A DNA stretch of 64,000 nt from Kiritimatiellia bacterium (GTDB lineage: Bacteria > Verrucomicrobiota > Kiritimatiellia > RFP12 > UBA1067). Under the pieces are notes generated by a model. The model saw only the letters and a list, made by a program, of their open reading frames with translations, was not told the DNA's origin and searched no databases. The position numbers and the translations under genes were made by a program. Of the stretch, positions 20,045 through 31,236 are shown piece after piece (the first letter of the stretch is position 1; each line of letters begins with the position of its first letter). Where the stretch lies: positions 272 through 64,271 of the forward strand of contig JAFSTA010000254.1 of the NCBI GenBank assembly GCA_017450695.1, read 5' to 3'.

Positions 20045-20869
20045 TTACTTCCTCCGCTTCAGAATGACTCTGCTGCTCGTCTTCCGGCGATTGCGGGTCT
20101 TGCCGCCCTTCGCCAGCTTGCCCCACGGGGACTGCGGGTGGTCGCCGCCGGACGTGCGGCCTTCACCGCCGCCCATCGGGTGGTCCACCGGGTTCATCGC
20201 CACGCCGCGCACGTGCGGACGGCGGCCCAGCCAGCGCGCCCGCCCGGCCTTGCCGAGCTTCACGCTGCCCCATTCGGAGTTGCCGACCTGGCCGATCGTC
20301 GCCAGGCAGCGCGCGTCGAACAGGCGGATTTCGCCGGAGGGCATGCGGAGCGTCACCTTGCCGCCCTCGCGAGCCATCACCTGGCATCCGACGCCGGCGG
20401 AACGGGCCACCGTGCCGCCCTTTCCGGGAGCCAGCTCGATGTTGTGAACGAAAAGCCCCAGCGGGACCTTACCCAGCGGGAGCGCGTTGCCCACGTTGGG
20501 TTCGGCGTCGGGACCGGACACGACCGTGTCGTTGACCTTCAGGCCGTTCGGCGCGAGGATGTAGCGCTTCTCGCCGTCCTCGTACACCAGCAGGGCGAGG
20601 TTCGCGCTGCGGTTCGGATCGTAGGCGATCGCCTCGACGCGGGCGGGCATCCCCGCCTTGTCGCGGCGGAAGTCCACAATGCGGTACCGGCGTTTCGCGC
20701 CGCCGCCGCGGTGCCACACCGTGATGTGCCCGTGGGCGTTGCGGCCGCCGTTCTTGCGGATCGCCTCCGTCAGACTGCGGACCGGGCGCTTTTCCGTGAT
20801 TTCCTCGAAGGTCAGCGACACGCGGTGGCGGAGACCCTCGCTTCTAGGTTTGAATGTTTTCAGACCCAT
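20045..20869 (-). CDS. rplB: 50S ribosomal protein L2
   Basis: Conserved L2, 274 aa. Confidence 0.95.
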   Translation of the reverse strand: MGLKTFKPRSEGLRHRVSLTFEEITEKRPVRSLTEAIRKNGGRNAHGHITVWHRGGGAKRRYRIVDFRRDKAGMPARVEAIAYDPNRSANLALLVYEDGEKRYILAPNGLKVNDTVVSGPDAEPNVGNALPLGKVPLGLFVHNIELAPGKGGTVARSAGVGCQVMAREGGKVTLRMPSGEIRLFDARCLATIGQVGNSEWGSVKLGKAGRARWLGRRPHVRGVAMNPVDHPMGGGEGRTSGGDHPQSPWGKLAKGGKTRNRRKTSSRVILKRRK

Positions 20870-20882
20870 GGCTCTTTATCCT

Positions 20883-21161
20883 TTAGACGATTTCAATGCG
20901 CTCGCCGGCCTTGACCGTGACGATCGCGCGTTTCCAGGCGTGCCCGCTTACCACGCGGCGGTTCCGGAGAACGCGCTGCTCACCCTTGTAGTTCTGCGTG
21001 TTGACTGCCAACACGTGTACGCCGAACTGCTTCTCGACGGCCTGGCGGATCTCCATCTTGTTGGCTTCCCGCGCCACCTCGAGCATGTAGCGGTTTTCGT
21101 AACTGAGCTTCGTGCTCTTTTCCGTGACCAGCACACGGCGGATGACTCCTTCGTGCTTCAT
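20883..21161 (-). CDS. rplW: 50S ribosomal protein L23
   Basis: Conserved L23. Confidence 0.9.
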   Translation of the reverse strand: MKHEGVIRRVLVTEKSTKLSYENRYMLEVAREANKMEIRQAVEKQFGVHVLAVNTQNYKGEQRVLRNRRVVSGHAWKRAIVTVKAGERIEIV

Positions 21162-21850
21162 GCCTCCACCTCTTTCTTCTGGGCGCGTTTCGGAGCGAGT
21201 TTCGCCATGCGGGCGAGGATCGCCTCATAGCCGGCACGGGTCACAACCCACGTCCGATACAGCATCAGGGTGTACAGATCGACATCGACCGCCTGCGCCA
21301 CTTCAACCTTCTGCAGGTTGCTCGCGGAGAGCAGCAGGTTCCTGTCTTTCTCGTCCAGACGGTCGGAGAGGATCAGCACCCCCTTCGGCTCCGTCCCGAT
21401 CTTCTTCAGCAAGGCGATCAACGCCTTGGTCTTCGGCTCCGCCAGATCGAACTGCTCAATGATCTTGACCCGGCCCTCGTTGATCATGTCGCTCACGACA
21501 CGGTTGAACGCCAGCTGCTTGACCTTGATGTTGATCTTCTGCGAGTAGTCGCGGGGCTTCGGGCCGAACGCGACGCCGCCGCCGCGCCAGACGGGGCTCT
21601 GGCGGAATCCCGCGCGGGCGCGTCCCGTCCCCTTCTGCTTCCACGGCTTCTTGTTGCTTCCCGCCACCTCGCCTTTGCTCAGGGTGGAGGCGCATCCGGC
21701 GCGCTTGCCGGCCTGGATCGCGACAATCGTGTCCTTGACCGCCTGCTCGCCCCTGTCGAGCGTCAACTTCGATTCATCGACGCTGACTTCGCCCGCGGCC
21801 TCGCCGGCCGCAGAGAAAACTGGAATCGTACTCATTAGGCTTTCCTCCAA
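21158..21850 (-). CDS. rplD: 50S ribosomal protein L4
   Basis: Conserved L4 with a short C-terminal extension. Confidence 0.9.
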   Translation of the reverse strand: MEESLMSTIPVFSAAGEAAGEVSVDESKLTLDRGEQAVKDTIVAIQAGKRAGCASTLSKGEVAGSNKKPWKQKGTGRARAGFRQSPVWRGGGVAFGPKPRDYSQKINIKVKQLAFNRVVSDMINEGRVKIIEQFDLAEPKTKALIALLKKIGTEPKGVLILSDRLDEKDRNLLLSASNLQKVEVAQAVDVDLYTLMLYRTWVVTRAGYEAILARMAKLAPKRAQKKEVEA

Positions 21851-22464
21851 CCCTTGGTGACATACACGATGCCGAACTTCGGTCCGGGGACAGACCCCTT
21901 CACGAGAATCACGTTGTCATCCGGGCGCACCTGCACGACGGCCAGGTTCAGCGCCTTGCGGTTCACCGCGCCGGCGTGTCCGGGCATGTGCTTGCCCTTC
22001 TCGATCCAGCCGGGCAGGTCGCGCGCGCCGACGGAACCGGGGCGCCGCTTCGTGTGGGACCCGTGTCCGGCGGGACCGCCTCTCATGCCCCACTTCTTCA
22101 TCACGCCCTGGAAGCCCTTGCCCTTGGTGACGCCACGCACGCTCACGTACTTCACATCCTTGAAGATATCGACCGTGACGGTGTCGCCCACGCTCAGCTG
22201 CTCCCCCTCGTCCATTTCAAACTCTTTCAGCTCGCGGCACAGCGGCACGCCAGCCTTCTTGAAATGCTCGGCCACCGGCTTCGTCATCCGGTGTTCCTTC
22301 TGCTCGATGAACCCGATCTGCGCGGCGACGTACCCGTCCCGCTCCATCGTCTTCACCTGCACGACCGGGCACGGCCCCGCCTCGATGACCGTCACGGGGA
22401 TACGGACCCCGTTGTCGTCGTAGATCTGGGTCATGCCGATTTTTCTGCCAATCAGTCCTTTCAT
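21835..22464 (-). CDS. rplC: 50S ribosomal protein L3
   Basis: Conserved L3. Confidence 0.9.
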   Translation of the reverse strand: MKGLIGRKIGMTQIYDDNGVRIPVTVIEAGPCPVVQVKTMERDGYVAAQIGFIEQKEHRMTKPVAEHFKKAGVPLCRELKEFEMDEGEQLSVGDTVTVDIFKDVKYVSVRGVTKGKGFQGVMKKWGMRGGPAGHGSHTKRRPGSVGARDLPGWIEKGKHMPGHAGAVNRKALNLAVVQVRPDDNVILVKGSVPGPKFGIVYVTKGWRKA

Positions 22465-22478
22465 GGTGTCACGTCTCC

Positions 22479-22787
22479 TTATACCCGAATGGTGATGTCC
22501 ACGCCGGCAGGCAGATTCAGTTTCTTGAGCTCGTCAACCGTCTTGGCCGTCGGCCCCACGATGTCTAGCAACCGTTTGTGCGTACGCATCTCAAACTGGT
22601 CCATGGACTTCTTGTCCGTGTTGACACTGCGGTTGACCGTGAAGCGCTCGATCTTCGTCGGTAACGGGATCGGGCCCACGACCTGCGCGCCTGTGCCACG
22701 CGCCGTGTCGATGATGTTCGCCACGGCCTGGTCCAGGATTCGATGGTCATAACCTTGCAAACGAATGCGGATTTTCTGGCTTTGCAT
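22479..22787 (-). CDS. rpsJ: 30S ribosomal protein S10
   Basis: [19 protein letters not shown]. Confidence 0.95.
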   Translation of the reverse strand: MQSQKIRIRLQGYDHRILDQAVANIIDTARGTGAQVVGPIPLPTKIERFTVNRSVNTDKKSMDQFEMRTHKRLLDIVGPTAKTVDELKKLNLPAGVDITIRV

Positions 22788-22793
22788 TCTCTC

Positions 22794-24950
22794 TTACCTG
22801 TTCAGTAGTTTCTCTCTTACTGTCCGGGGTACCTCCGCAAACTCGCCAGGCTCCATAGTGTAGCTGGCGCGCCCGCGCGAAAGCGAGCGGATTGCGGTAG
22901 CGTACCCGAAAAGTTCCGCCAGGGGGACCTGCGCCTTGACGATCTGCATGTCACCACGCATACTCATCTCCTGCACGTTCCCCCGGCGCCCGTTGATGTC
23001 CCCCATGATGTCGCCCACACATTCGGGCGGCGTCACGATGTCAAGGGACATAATCGGCTCCAGCAATTCCGGCTTCGCGGCCTGCGCCGCCTCCCGGAAC
23101 CCCATCACGGCCGCGGTCACGAAGGCCACGTCTGTCGCCGACTCTTCATCCGTCACCGAAACGGCAACCACCTTCGCCAGCACGTCCGTCATCGGGTATC
23201 GCGCCAGCACGCCGGTCAGGATGCCGTTGGTCAATCCCTGCTCGATGCTGCCGGCCAATTTCTCGTCCGGCAGATCGCGCCGCGCGGCGGAGCTGATCTC
23301 CACCGCGTGGCCGCTCCCGCGTTTCCGCGGAGAAACCTCCACGGTCACGCCCGCACAGAGCCGTTTCCCGCCCACCGTCTGGTCGAAGAGGAACTCGCTC
23401 CTCCCCGTCTCCGTCACGGTCTCGTAGTACGACACCATCGGCCTGCCCGTGTTCGCTTCACAGTGAAACTCGCGGCGCAGGCGATCCACCAGAATGTCCA
23501 GGTGTAACTCGCCCATGCCGCTTAAAATCAATTGTCCCGTGTCCGGATCGACGCGCTTCTGGCAGGTCGGGTCCTCCGATGCCAGCAGGTCGATCGACTC
23601 TTCCAGCTTCTTCTTGTCCGCGCTGCTCTTCGGCTCGATCGCCATGAACATCACCGGCTCGGGAACGGTGATGCGCTCCAGGTAGCAAGCCTGGAACTCC
23701 GCGCACAGCGTGTCGCCCGTCGTGGCCCCCTTGAGCCCCACGATCGCGCCGATGTCCCCCGTCCGCAGACTCTCGACCTCCGTCTGCTCGTCCGCGAACA
23801 GCTTCACCAGCTTCATCACGCGCTCGCGCTTGCCCGTGCGGGGATTGAACACGTTCTGCCCCTTCTTCAGCGTCCCTCCATAGACGCGGACGAAGAAGAG
23901 CCGCCCCACATACGGGTCAACCGCAATCTTGAAGACCAGCGAGGTCAGCGGGGCGTCCGCGCCCAGCGCGCGCGTCACCTTCGCCCCGCTCTTCAGGTCG
24001 GTCGCCTCCAGCGCCGGACGATCCTCCGGCGAGGGCAGGTACCACACCACCGCGTCCAGCAGCTGCTGCACGCCCTTGTCCCGCAGCGACGACCCGCACA
24101 GCACCGGGACGATCTTCCCGGCGAGGGTCGATTTGCGGAGGGAACGGCGAAGCTCGTCCGCCGTCAAATCGGGATTTTCGAGGTATTTCTCCGCGATGTC
24201 GTCATCGGCGTCCGCCGCCTTCTCGCAAAGCTCCTCACGCGCCAGCCGCGCGGTTTCCAGCATGTCCCCGGATATCTCGGAGACGGTAAATTCTTTCCCC
24301 TCCGTCGCGTCGTCGAAAATGATCGCCTTCATTTCGAGAAGGTCGATCACGCCGCGGAACGTCTCGGCCGCGCCGATCGGTAGTTCGACCTTCACGGGGT
24401 TCGCGTGCAGCTTCGTCGCGATCTCCCCCACGCAGCGGTCGAAATCGGCGCCCATGCGGTCCATCTTGTTCACGAAGGCAATTCGCGGCACCTGGTAACG
24501 GTCTGCTTGACGCCATACGGTCTCCGACTGCGGCTGTACGCCGCCGACCGCGCAGAACACGCCCACCGCGCCGTCCAGGACGCGCAGCGAACGCTCTACC
24601 TCGATCGTGAAATCCACATGGCCCGGCGTGTCGATGAGGTTGATACACTTACCGAGCCAGAAACAGGTGATCGCCGCGCTGGTGATGGTTATCCCGCGCT
24701 CGCGCTCCTGAATCATCCAGTCCGTGACAGTGTTGCCCTCGTCCACGTTTCCGAGACGGTGCGTGCGCCCTGCGTAAAAGAGGATGCGTTCGGTCGTCGT
24801 GGTCTTGCCCGCATCGATATGCGCGACCACCCCGATGTTCCGAACATCGCAAAGAGACGTCAAACCGCCCGCCGGCTGGTTGCCGACGGAGGCCTGTTTC
24901 TCCGTTCCTTTGCTATCCAAGACGCTCACTTGATCACTTCCTGTTTTCAA
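22794..24950 (-). CDS. fusA: Elongation factor G
   Basis: 718 aa. GTP-binding AHIDAGKTT, and EF-G domains II-V. Immediately upstream of rpsJ with no tuf gene between. About 25-aa N-terminal extension. Confidence 0.95.
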   Translation of the reverse strand: MKTGSDQVSVLDSKGTEKQASVGNQPAGGLTSLCDVRNIGVVAHIDAGKTTTTERILFYAGRTHRLGNVDEGNTVTDWMIQERERGITITSAAITCFWLGKCINLIDTPGHVDFTIEVERSLRVLDGAVGVFCAVGGVQPQSETVWRQADRYQVPRIAFVNKMDRMGADFDRCVGEIATKLHANPVKVELPIGAAETFRGVIDLLEMKAIIFDDATEGKEFTVSEISGDMLETARLAREELCEKAADADDDIAEKYLENPDLTADELRRSLRKSTLAGKIVPVLCGSSLRDKGVQQLLDAVVWYLPSPEDRPALEATDLKSGAKVTRALGADAPLTSLVFKIAVDPYVGRLFFVRVYGGTLKKGQNVFNPRTGKRERVMKLVKLFADEQTEVESLRTGDIGAIVGLKGATTGDTLCAEFQACYLERITVPEPVMFMAIEPKSSADKKKLEESIDLLASEDPTCQKRVDPDTGQLILSGMGELHLDILVDRLRREFHCEANTGRPMVSYYETVTETGRSEFLFDQTVGGKRLCAGVTVEVSPRKRGSGHAVEISSAARRDLPDEKLAGSIEQGLTNGILTGVLARYPMTDVLAKVVAVSVTDEESATDVAFVTAAVMGFREAAQAAKPELLEPIMSLDIVTPPECVGDIMGDINGRRGNVQEMSMRGDMQIVKAQVPLAELFGYATAIRSLSRGRASYTMEPGEFAEVPRTVREKLLNR

Positions 24951-25048
24951 AGATCATGTGGATAATTCACCTTTTCACTCGAAAAAGATTTGGTTAGTTT
25001 AGCATAAATCCAAGACCAAGACAAGCCCAATTTTTCACTTTTTTCGAC
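24951..25048 (-). promoter_or_regulatory. AT-rich leader and putative promoter region of the fusA-S10-spc operon
   Basis: Sharp drop in GC immediately upstream of fusA. No upstream rpsL/rpsG. Exact -35/-10 elements not assignable by eye. Confidence 0.3.
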
Positions 25049-26327
25049 AGCGCTCGGGGAGCGCTTGGCAAAACCCGACCTCCGCCCCAGGGTCCCGCCC
25101 TCGGCACCCGCCAGGCGCATCCCCGCGCCGCCCTCGGAACTCCCAGGCGCATCCCTGCCGCCCCGGGGTTCCGGCAGGCGCAGCCTCTGCGCCGTTTTCT
25201 CTTCCCAGCCCCCGGAAATTCTGCTATCACCCGCGCCATGCCATACGAACGGGACAAAAACGGGCATCTCAAGGCTGGCATCCGGTTACCCGGCTGGGAT
25301 TATTGCCAGCCGTGGTTCTACATGATCACCCTCACCGTCAAGAACCGCCGACCGATTCTCGGAAAGATCGCCGACGGCGAAATGGTCCTTTCCCCGCATC
25401 GGCGCAAAAGTCGCCGCCGCCTGGAAAAACCTTGGCGCCGTCTTTCCCGAGGTGGAACCCTGCCAATGGGCCCGTCATGCCCGAACATTTCCACGGCATC
25501 ATCTGGGTGAGGAAACGCCTGGCCTCGCCCCTCGGCGAAGTGATCCGCAGCTTCAAGATCGCCGGCTCCAAGGCCAACGCCTCGCTGGAGGCCCCCTGCC
25601 TTTTCGACGGCTCCCCGACTTTCTGGTTTCCCGGCCTGTACGACACCATCCTCTTTTCGAAGGGGCGGCTCAAGAGAATGACCGCCTACATTCTCAACAA
25701 CGCGAAACGTCGCCGGGCCGTCATGCAGAATCCCGACCTTTTCCATACGACGCGCAACATGGAAATCGTCCCCGGAAAACACGGCGACTCCGTCGGCAAC
25801 CACTTTCTCCTGGAAAAGCCCGTCAAAATGTTCGTGCAGGTCTCGCGGCGCGCGGACGAAACCGAAATCGCCGCCGTGGTCGAGCAGGCTCTTTTGCACG
25901 CCTCGCGCGGCGGCGTGGTGGTCTCCGGCTGTATTTCGCCGGGAGAACAGGCGGTGGCGAGAGCGGTTCGCGAAGCGGGACTGCCGCTCATCGCGATCAT
26001 CCCCAGGGGGGCGCCCCCTATTTCAGGCCGAGCGGAGATTACTTTGATGCCTGCGAAAGAGGGAATCTTCTCCTGGTCTCCCCCTCCCCGAAAATCTCCA
26101 AAACCGAACGCCTCACCCGCGAGCGGTGTTTCGCCATCAATGCCATCGCCGCCGAAATCTGCGGCGAAGACCCCGCCCTGATCCACTACCGCGGCTCTCG
26201 CCCCTAGGGTCCCGCCAGACACCCCCGTGCAGCACTCGGAGAGCGCTTGGCAAAACCCGACTTCCGCCCCAGAGTCCCGCCCTCGGCACCCGCCGGGCGC
26301 AACCCCGCGCCGCCCTAGGGTCCCGCA
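25049..26327 (+). mobile_element. REP-bracketed RAYT unit. About 95-bp GC-hairpin direct repeats (25049-25145 and 26231-26327) flank a Y1/HUH transposase gene
   Basis: Flanking repeats are about 90% identical. Each carries GGCGC-N6-GCGCC and GGCGCAG-N4-CTGCGCC hairpins. Confidence 0.7.
25238..26207 (+). pseudogene. REP-associated tyrosine transposase (RAYT, IS200-like Y1 HUH) fused to a DprA/Smf-like Rossmann domain, with reading frame interrupted at least 3 times
   Basis: RAYT motifs WFYMITLTVKNRRP, HUH (VMPEHFHGIIW) and catalytic Tyr (AYILNNAKRR), cf. E. coli YafM. The DprA-like region (GGVVVSGCISPGEQAVARAVREAG...LPLIAIIPRGAPP-YFRPSGDYFDACERGNLLLVSP...RERCFAINAIAAEI) follows in the same frame. 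Frame shifts 2 to 0 to 1 to 0, partly at G6/C5 homopolymers. Confidence 0.6.
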
Positions 26328-26385
26328 CCTCAGCCGGGTTGCGATTTCGCTTGGAAGGGGGCGGGCGGTTTGCTATACTGTCGGC

Positions 26386-27093
26386 ATGAAACGAAATGAT
26401 GAGTTGCGACCGGTCCGGATTACGCGCCGGTTCACCAAACATGCGGCGGGGTCGGTCTTGATCCAGTGGGGCGACACATGGGTGTTGTGTACGGCTTGCG
26501 TCGAGGACAAGGTGCCGTCATTCCTGCGCAATACGGGAAACGGATGGGTGACTGCCGAGTACAATATGTTGCCGAGCAGCACGGTGGAACGCAAGGAGCG
26601 CGACATCAAAAAGCTGAAGCAGGACAACCGCAGCGTGGAGATCGGGCGGTTGATCGGTCGCGCCCTGCGTGCCGCGATTGCGATGGACAAGATCGGCGAA
26701 CGGACGATTACGGTGGATTGCGACGTGTTGCAGGCGGACGGCGGCACGCGCTGCGCCTCGATCACGGGCGGTATGGTGGCGTTGACGGATGCGGTGAACC
26801 GGCTGCTGGCGAACGGGGAGATCACGGAGAATCCGTTGCTGTGTTCCGTCGCGGCGGTCAGCGCGGGAATCTGCGCCGGGGCGCCGATGCTGGATCTGGA
26901 CTACGCGCACGACTCCACCGCCGACGTCGATATGAATTTCGTGATGACGGATGGCGGGCGATTCGTCGAGATTCAGGGAACCGCCGAACACAATCCGTTC
27001 ACCGATGAGGAACTGGATCAGCTGAAGACTTTGGCGAAAAAAGGAATCGCGCAATTGACGGCGATTCAGCGGGAGGCATTGAGCCATGATTAA
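26386..27093 (+). CDS. rph: Ribonuclease PH
   Basis: Conserved RNase PH sequence. About 236 aa. Confidence 0.9.
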   Translation: MKRNDELRPVRITRRFTKHAAGSVLIQWGDTWVLCTACVEDKVPSFLRNTGNGWVTAEYNMLPSSTVERKERDIKKLKQDNRSVEIGRLIGRALRAAIAMDKIGERTITVDCDVLQADGGTRCASITGGMVALTDAVNRLLANGEITENPLLCSVAAVSAGICAGAPMLDLDYAHDSTADVDMNFVMTDGGRFVEIQGTAEHNPFTDEELDQLKTLAKKGIAQLTAIQREALSHD

Positions 27094-28054
27094 AAAGGCA
27101 TTGATTACCGGGGGCGCCGGATTCATCGGTTCGCACCTGGCGCAGCAGCTGCTGGACGAGGGGTACGAGGTGACGGCCTTGGACAACCTTTTCACCGGCA
27201 CGAAGGTGAACATTTACGGGCTACTGGAAAATCCCCGTTTCACTTTCATGCTGCATGACGTGACGCAGCCGTTCTGGGGACAGTTCGACGAGATTTACAA
27301 CCTCGCCTGCCCCGCATCGCCCATCCACTACCAGCGGAATCCCGTGGAGACGATCCGCACCTCCTTCATGGGCGTGATGAACGTGCTGGAACTCGCGCTG
27401 AAAACCAAGGCGCGCGTCTTGCACGCTTCCACCTCGGAAATTTACGGAGACCCGGCTGTCCACCCGCAGCCCGAGACCTACTGGGGCAATGTGAACACGA
27501 TCGGAATCCGCAGCTGCTACGACGAGGGAAAGCGCGCCGCCGAAACGCTGTGCGCCGACTACTACCGTGAGTACGGCGTGGATATCCGCATGGTCCGTAT
27601 CTTCAACACCTACGGGCCGCACATGCACCCGCAGGACGGACGCGTGATCAGCAACTTCATCATGCAGGCATTGCATGACCAGGATATCACGCTGTACGGC
27701 GATGGTTCGCAGACGCGCAGTTTCCAGTACATCGACGACTTGATCCGCGCCTTCCGCGCCTACATGAAGTTGAACCAGGATGTAGTCCGCGAGTTTATCC
27801 GCGAGCACAACCTGCCTGTTCCCGTCATCAACACGGGCAACCCCGGCGAATACACCATCAAGCAGTTGGCGGAGGAGACGCTGCGGCAGATTCCGGAGAG
27901 CAAGAGCAAGATCGTGTACGAGCCGTTGCCGAAGGATGACCCGAAACGCCGCAAGCCCGACATCACGTTGGCGAAGTCGCTGCTGGGCTGGACTCCGGAG
28001 ATTGCGCTTCCCGACGGTCTGGCGAAGACAATCGCTTATTTCCGGGGGATGTGA
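27086..28054 (+). CDS. UDP-glucuronate decarboxylase (UDP-xylose synthase)-like NAD-dependent SDR
   Basis: GGAGFIGSH Rossmann motif, catalytic YxxxK and UXS-like conservation. Overlaps the rph stop. Confidence 0.75.
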   Translation: MIKKALITGGAGFIGSHLAQQLLDEGYEVTALDNLFTGTKVNIYGLLENPRFTFMLHDVTQPFWGQFDEIYNLACPASPIHYQRNPVETIRTSFMGVMNVLELALKTKARVLHASTSEIYGDPAVHPQPETYWGNVNTIGIRSCYDEGKRAAETLCADYYREYGVDIRMVRIFNTYGPHMHPQDGRVISNFIMQALHDQDITLYGDGSQTRSFQYIDDLIRAFRAYMKLNQDVVREFIREHNLPVPVINTGNPGEYTIKQLAEETLRQIPESKSKIVYEPLPKDDPKRRKPDITLAKSLLGWTPEIALPDGLAKTIAYFRGM

Positions 28055-28136
28055 CGATCATTGGATTTGCGCCTTGTTTTCGGCGCGTTCCGTATGTTAG
28101 GATAGTTGCACTCAATGTTTCAAAGGAGTTTTCAGA

Positions 28137-29174
<1,038 letters not shown>

Positions 29175-29185
29175 TGCAGTCGCCG

Positions 29186-29764
29186 ATGGACGAGAAATCG
29201 TTGCAGGCCGCCGCCCGTATCCTGAATGCGGGCGGGGTTGTGATTCTCCCGACGGACACCGTGTACGGAATCGCCGCGCATCCCGGTCATCCCGAAGCGA
29301 TTCGGCGAATCCAGTGCATCAAGGGTCGTCCATCCGACAAGCCGATTGCGTTGCTGGCGGCGGACCGCCAGTCGGTGGTTGACTTCGGCGCGGTCTTTCC
29401 CGGTGCGGCGATGCGGTTGGCGGAGACGTATTGGCCGGGTGCGTTGACGCTGGTGTTGCCGTGCAGGGGAACGACGGAAGGGTTTCGGGTACCGGATTAC
29501 GAACCGACGAGGCAACTGTTACGGTTGTGCGGGGGCGTTCTGCGCGTGACCAGCGCAAACCTGAGCGGAAGGCAACCCGCCGTCAGCGCGGTCGAGACGC
29601 TGCGCGGAATCGGACTGGAGGCGGATTTGGTGATTGACGGCGGCATCTCGCCGGGCGGTGTCGCCAGTACCGTTGTCCGCTTCGATGAAGCCGGTGCGCC
29701 GGTTATCCTGCGCGAAGGCGCAATCAGCCGGGCGGAATTATTGGGAACGGGTAGCAGACAATAG
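29186..29764 (+). CDS. tsaC: L-threonylcarbamoyladenylate synthase (YrdC/TsaC family)
   Basis: YrdC fold motifs PTDTVYGIAA and SANLSG. Confidence 0.8.
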   Translation: MDEKSLQAAARILNAGGVVILPTDTVYGIAAHPGHPEAIRRIQCIKGRPSDKPIALLAADRQSVVDFGAVFPGAAMRLAETYWPGALTLVLPCRGTTEGFRVPDYEPTRQLLRLCGGVLRVTSANLSGRQPAVSAVETLRGIGLEADLVIDGGISPGGVASTVVRFDEAGAPVILREGAISRAELLGTGSRQ

Positions 29765-29817
29765 GTAGTGGTAGCTAGCCAGAAGCTGACAGCTACACGC
29801 GAAGAAAGGAGAGAGAG

Positions 29818-30333
29818 ATGACGTTTGACGAATTGGCAAGGGCACGGTATTCGGTACGGGCGTTTGATCCGCGCCCGATCGAGGAAGAGAAGTTGACACG
29901 TATCTTGGAAGTCGGCAATGTTGCCCCGACGGGATGCAACAAGCAACCGCAACGGATTTATGTCATCCAGTCGGCCAAGGCTCTGGAAACCGTCCGCAAG
30001 GTTACCTCCTGCCACTTCAACGCGCCCGTCGTGCTGTTGTTCGCATACGACCGCACCGACGATTGGCAAAACCCGTTGGAGGCGGGTGTTCATGCGGGTG
30101 TGCAAGATGTCAGCATCGTCGCGACGCACATCATGCTCGCCGCGTGGGAACAGGGAATCGGTTCCTGCTGGGTCAACTACTTCTCCCCGACGGAAGCGGC
30201 TCGCGCGTTCGGGTTGCCGGAGAAAGAAATCCCGGTCTTGCTGATGCCGTTGGGGTATCCGGCGGCGAACGCCCAGCCCGCCGCGTTCCACGCGCAGAAG
30301 AAACCGCTGTCGGAAACCGTCCAGAAACTGTAG
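29818..30333 (+). CDS. Nitroreductase family protein
   Basis: RYSVRAF... nitroreductase fold. 171 aa. Confidence 0.75.
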   Translation: MTFDELARARYSVRAFDPRPIEEEKLTRILEVGNVAPTGCNKQPQRIYVIQSAKALETVRKVTSCHFNAPVVLLFAYDRTDDWQNPLEAGVHAGVQDVSIVATHIMLAAWEQGIGSCWVNYFSPTEAARAFGLPEKEIPVLLMPLGYPAANAQPAAFHAQKKPLSETVQKL

Positions 30334-30343
30334 CGGATCGAAG

Positions 30344-30964
30344 ATGAACCGTTTGACCATCCGTTTGGAAGAACCGGAGGACTACCGCGCGACCGAGAAT
30401 CTGGTGCGCGAGTCCTTCTGGAACGTGTATCGTCCGGGATGCCTGGAACACTTCGTCCTTCACGAGTTCCGGAGCCATCCGGAGTTTTGTCCCGACCTTG
30501 ATCTGGTCTTGATTCGCGAGGGCGAGTTGATCGGTCAGATCATGTATGTGAAGAATGTTCTGCGGACTGCCTCGCAGACGGAGTTGCCGATCCTGACGAT
30601 GGGACCGATCTGCATTCATCCGAATTACCAGCGGCGCGGATTCGGAAAATTCCTGCTGGATCATTCGTTGACTTTGGCGGCCGAGACGAATGCGGTCGGC
30701 GTGTTCATGGAAGGCAACATCCACTTTTACGGCAAGTCCGGTTTTGTGGTCGCCTCGACGCTGGGTGTTCACTACATGGACGAACCTGCGGACGATCCGG
30801 TTCCGTTCTTTCTCGGCAAAGTTCTGAAGGAAGGCGCGCTGAACGGGATCCAAGCCCGCTACCGCGTACCGTCAGGATACTTCGTCGATGAAGAACAGGC
30901 AGAAGAATTCGACCGCCAGTTCCCGCCCAAGGAACGCCTGCGCTTGCCGGGCCAACTGTTTTAA
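30344..30964 (+). CDS. GNAT family N-acetyltransferase
   Basis: Acetyl-CoA binding motif QRRGFGKFLL. Confidence 0.75.
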   Translation: MNRLTIRLEEPEDYRATENLVRESFWNVYRPGCLEHFVLHEFRSHPEFCPDLDLVLIREGELIGQIMYVKNVLRTASQTELPILTMGPICIHPNYQRRGFGKFLLDHSLTLAAETNAVGVFMEGNIHFYGKSGFVVASTLGVHYMDEPADDPVPFFLGKVLKEGALNGIQARYRVPSGYFVDEEQAEEFDRQFPPKERLRLPGQLF

Positions 30965-30971
30965 CCTTGAT

Positions 30972-31017
30972 CCGTTGGACAATTTGAAAACCACGGAGCA
31001 CACGGAACACACGGAAT
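30972..31017 (+). repeat. Partial copy of repeat family D (TTGGACAATTTGAAAACCACGGAGCACACGGAACACACGGAAT)
   Basis: Matches the 5' module and CACGGA-rich insert of the 51244-51470 copy. Confidence 0.75.
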
Positions 31018-31236
31018 AAGCTGATGGGAAAACGTTTCTGTCCGCAGGTCACGCCCATTCGGTTTCGAGAAAACTCTGTATTCCTCGCTTTCTCTGCGTG
31101 AGGAAAGCAACACACCGTGAAGCGACAAGTGTTCGCTTCCCCGAATGTCCCGCGCAGAACTGGTACACAGCGCATTCTGCAGCTCTGCACGAGAATCCAA
31201 TCTAGGCCAATATCAGCCTGTGGTGTTCTGCGCCGT

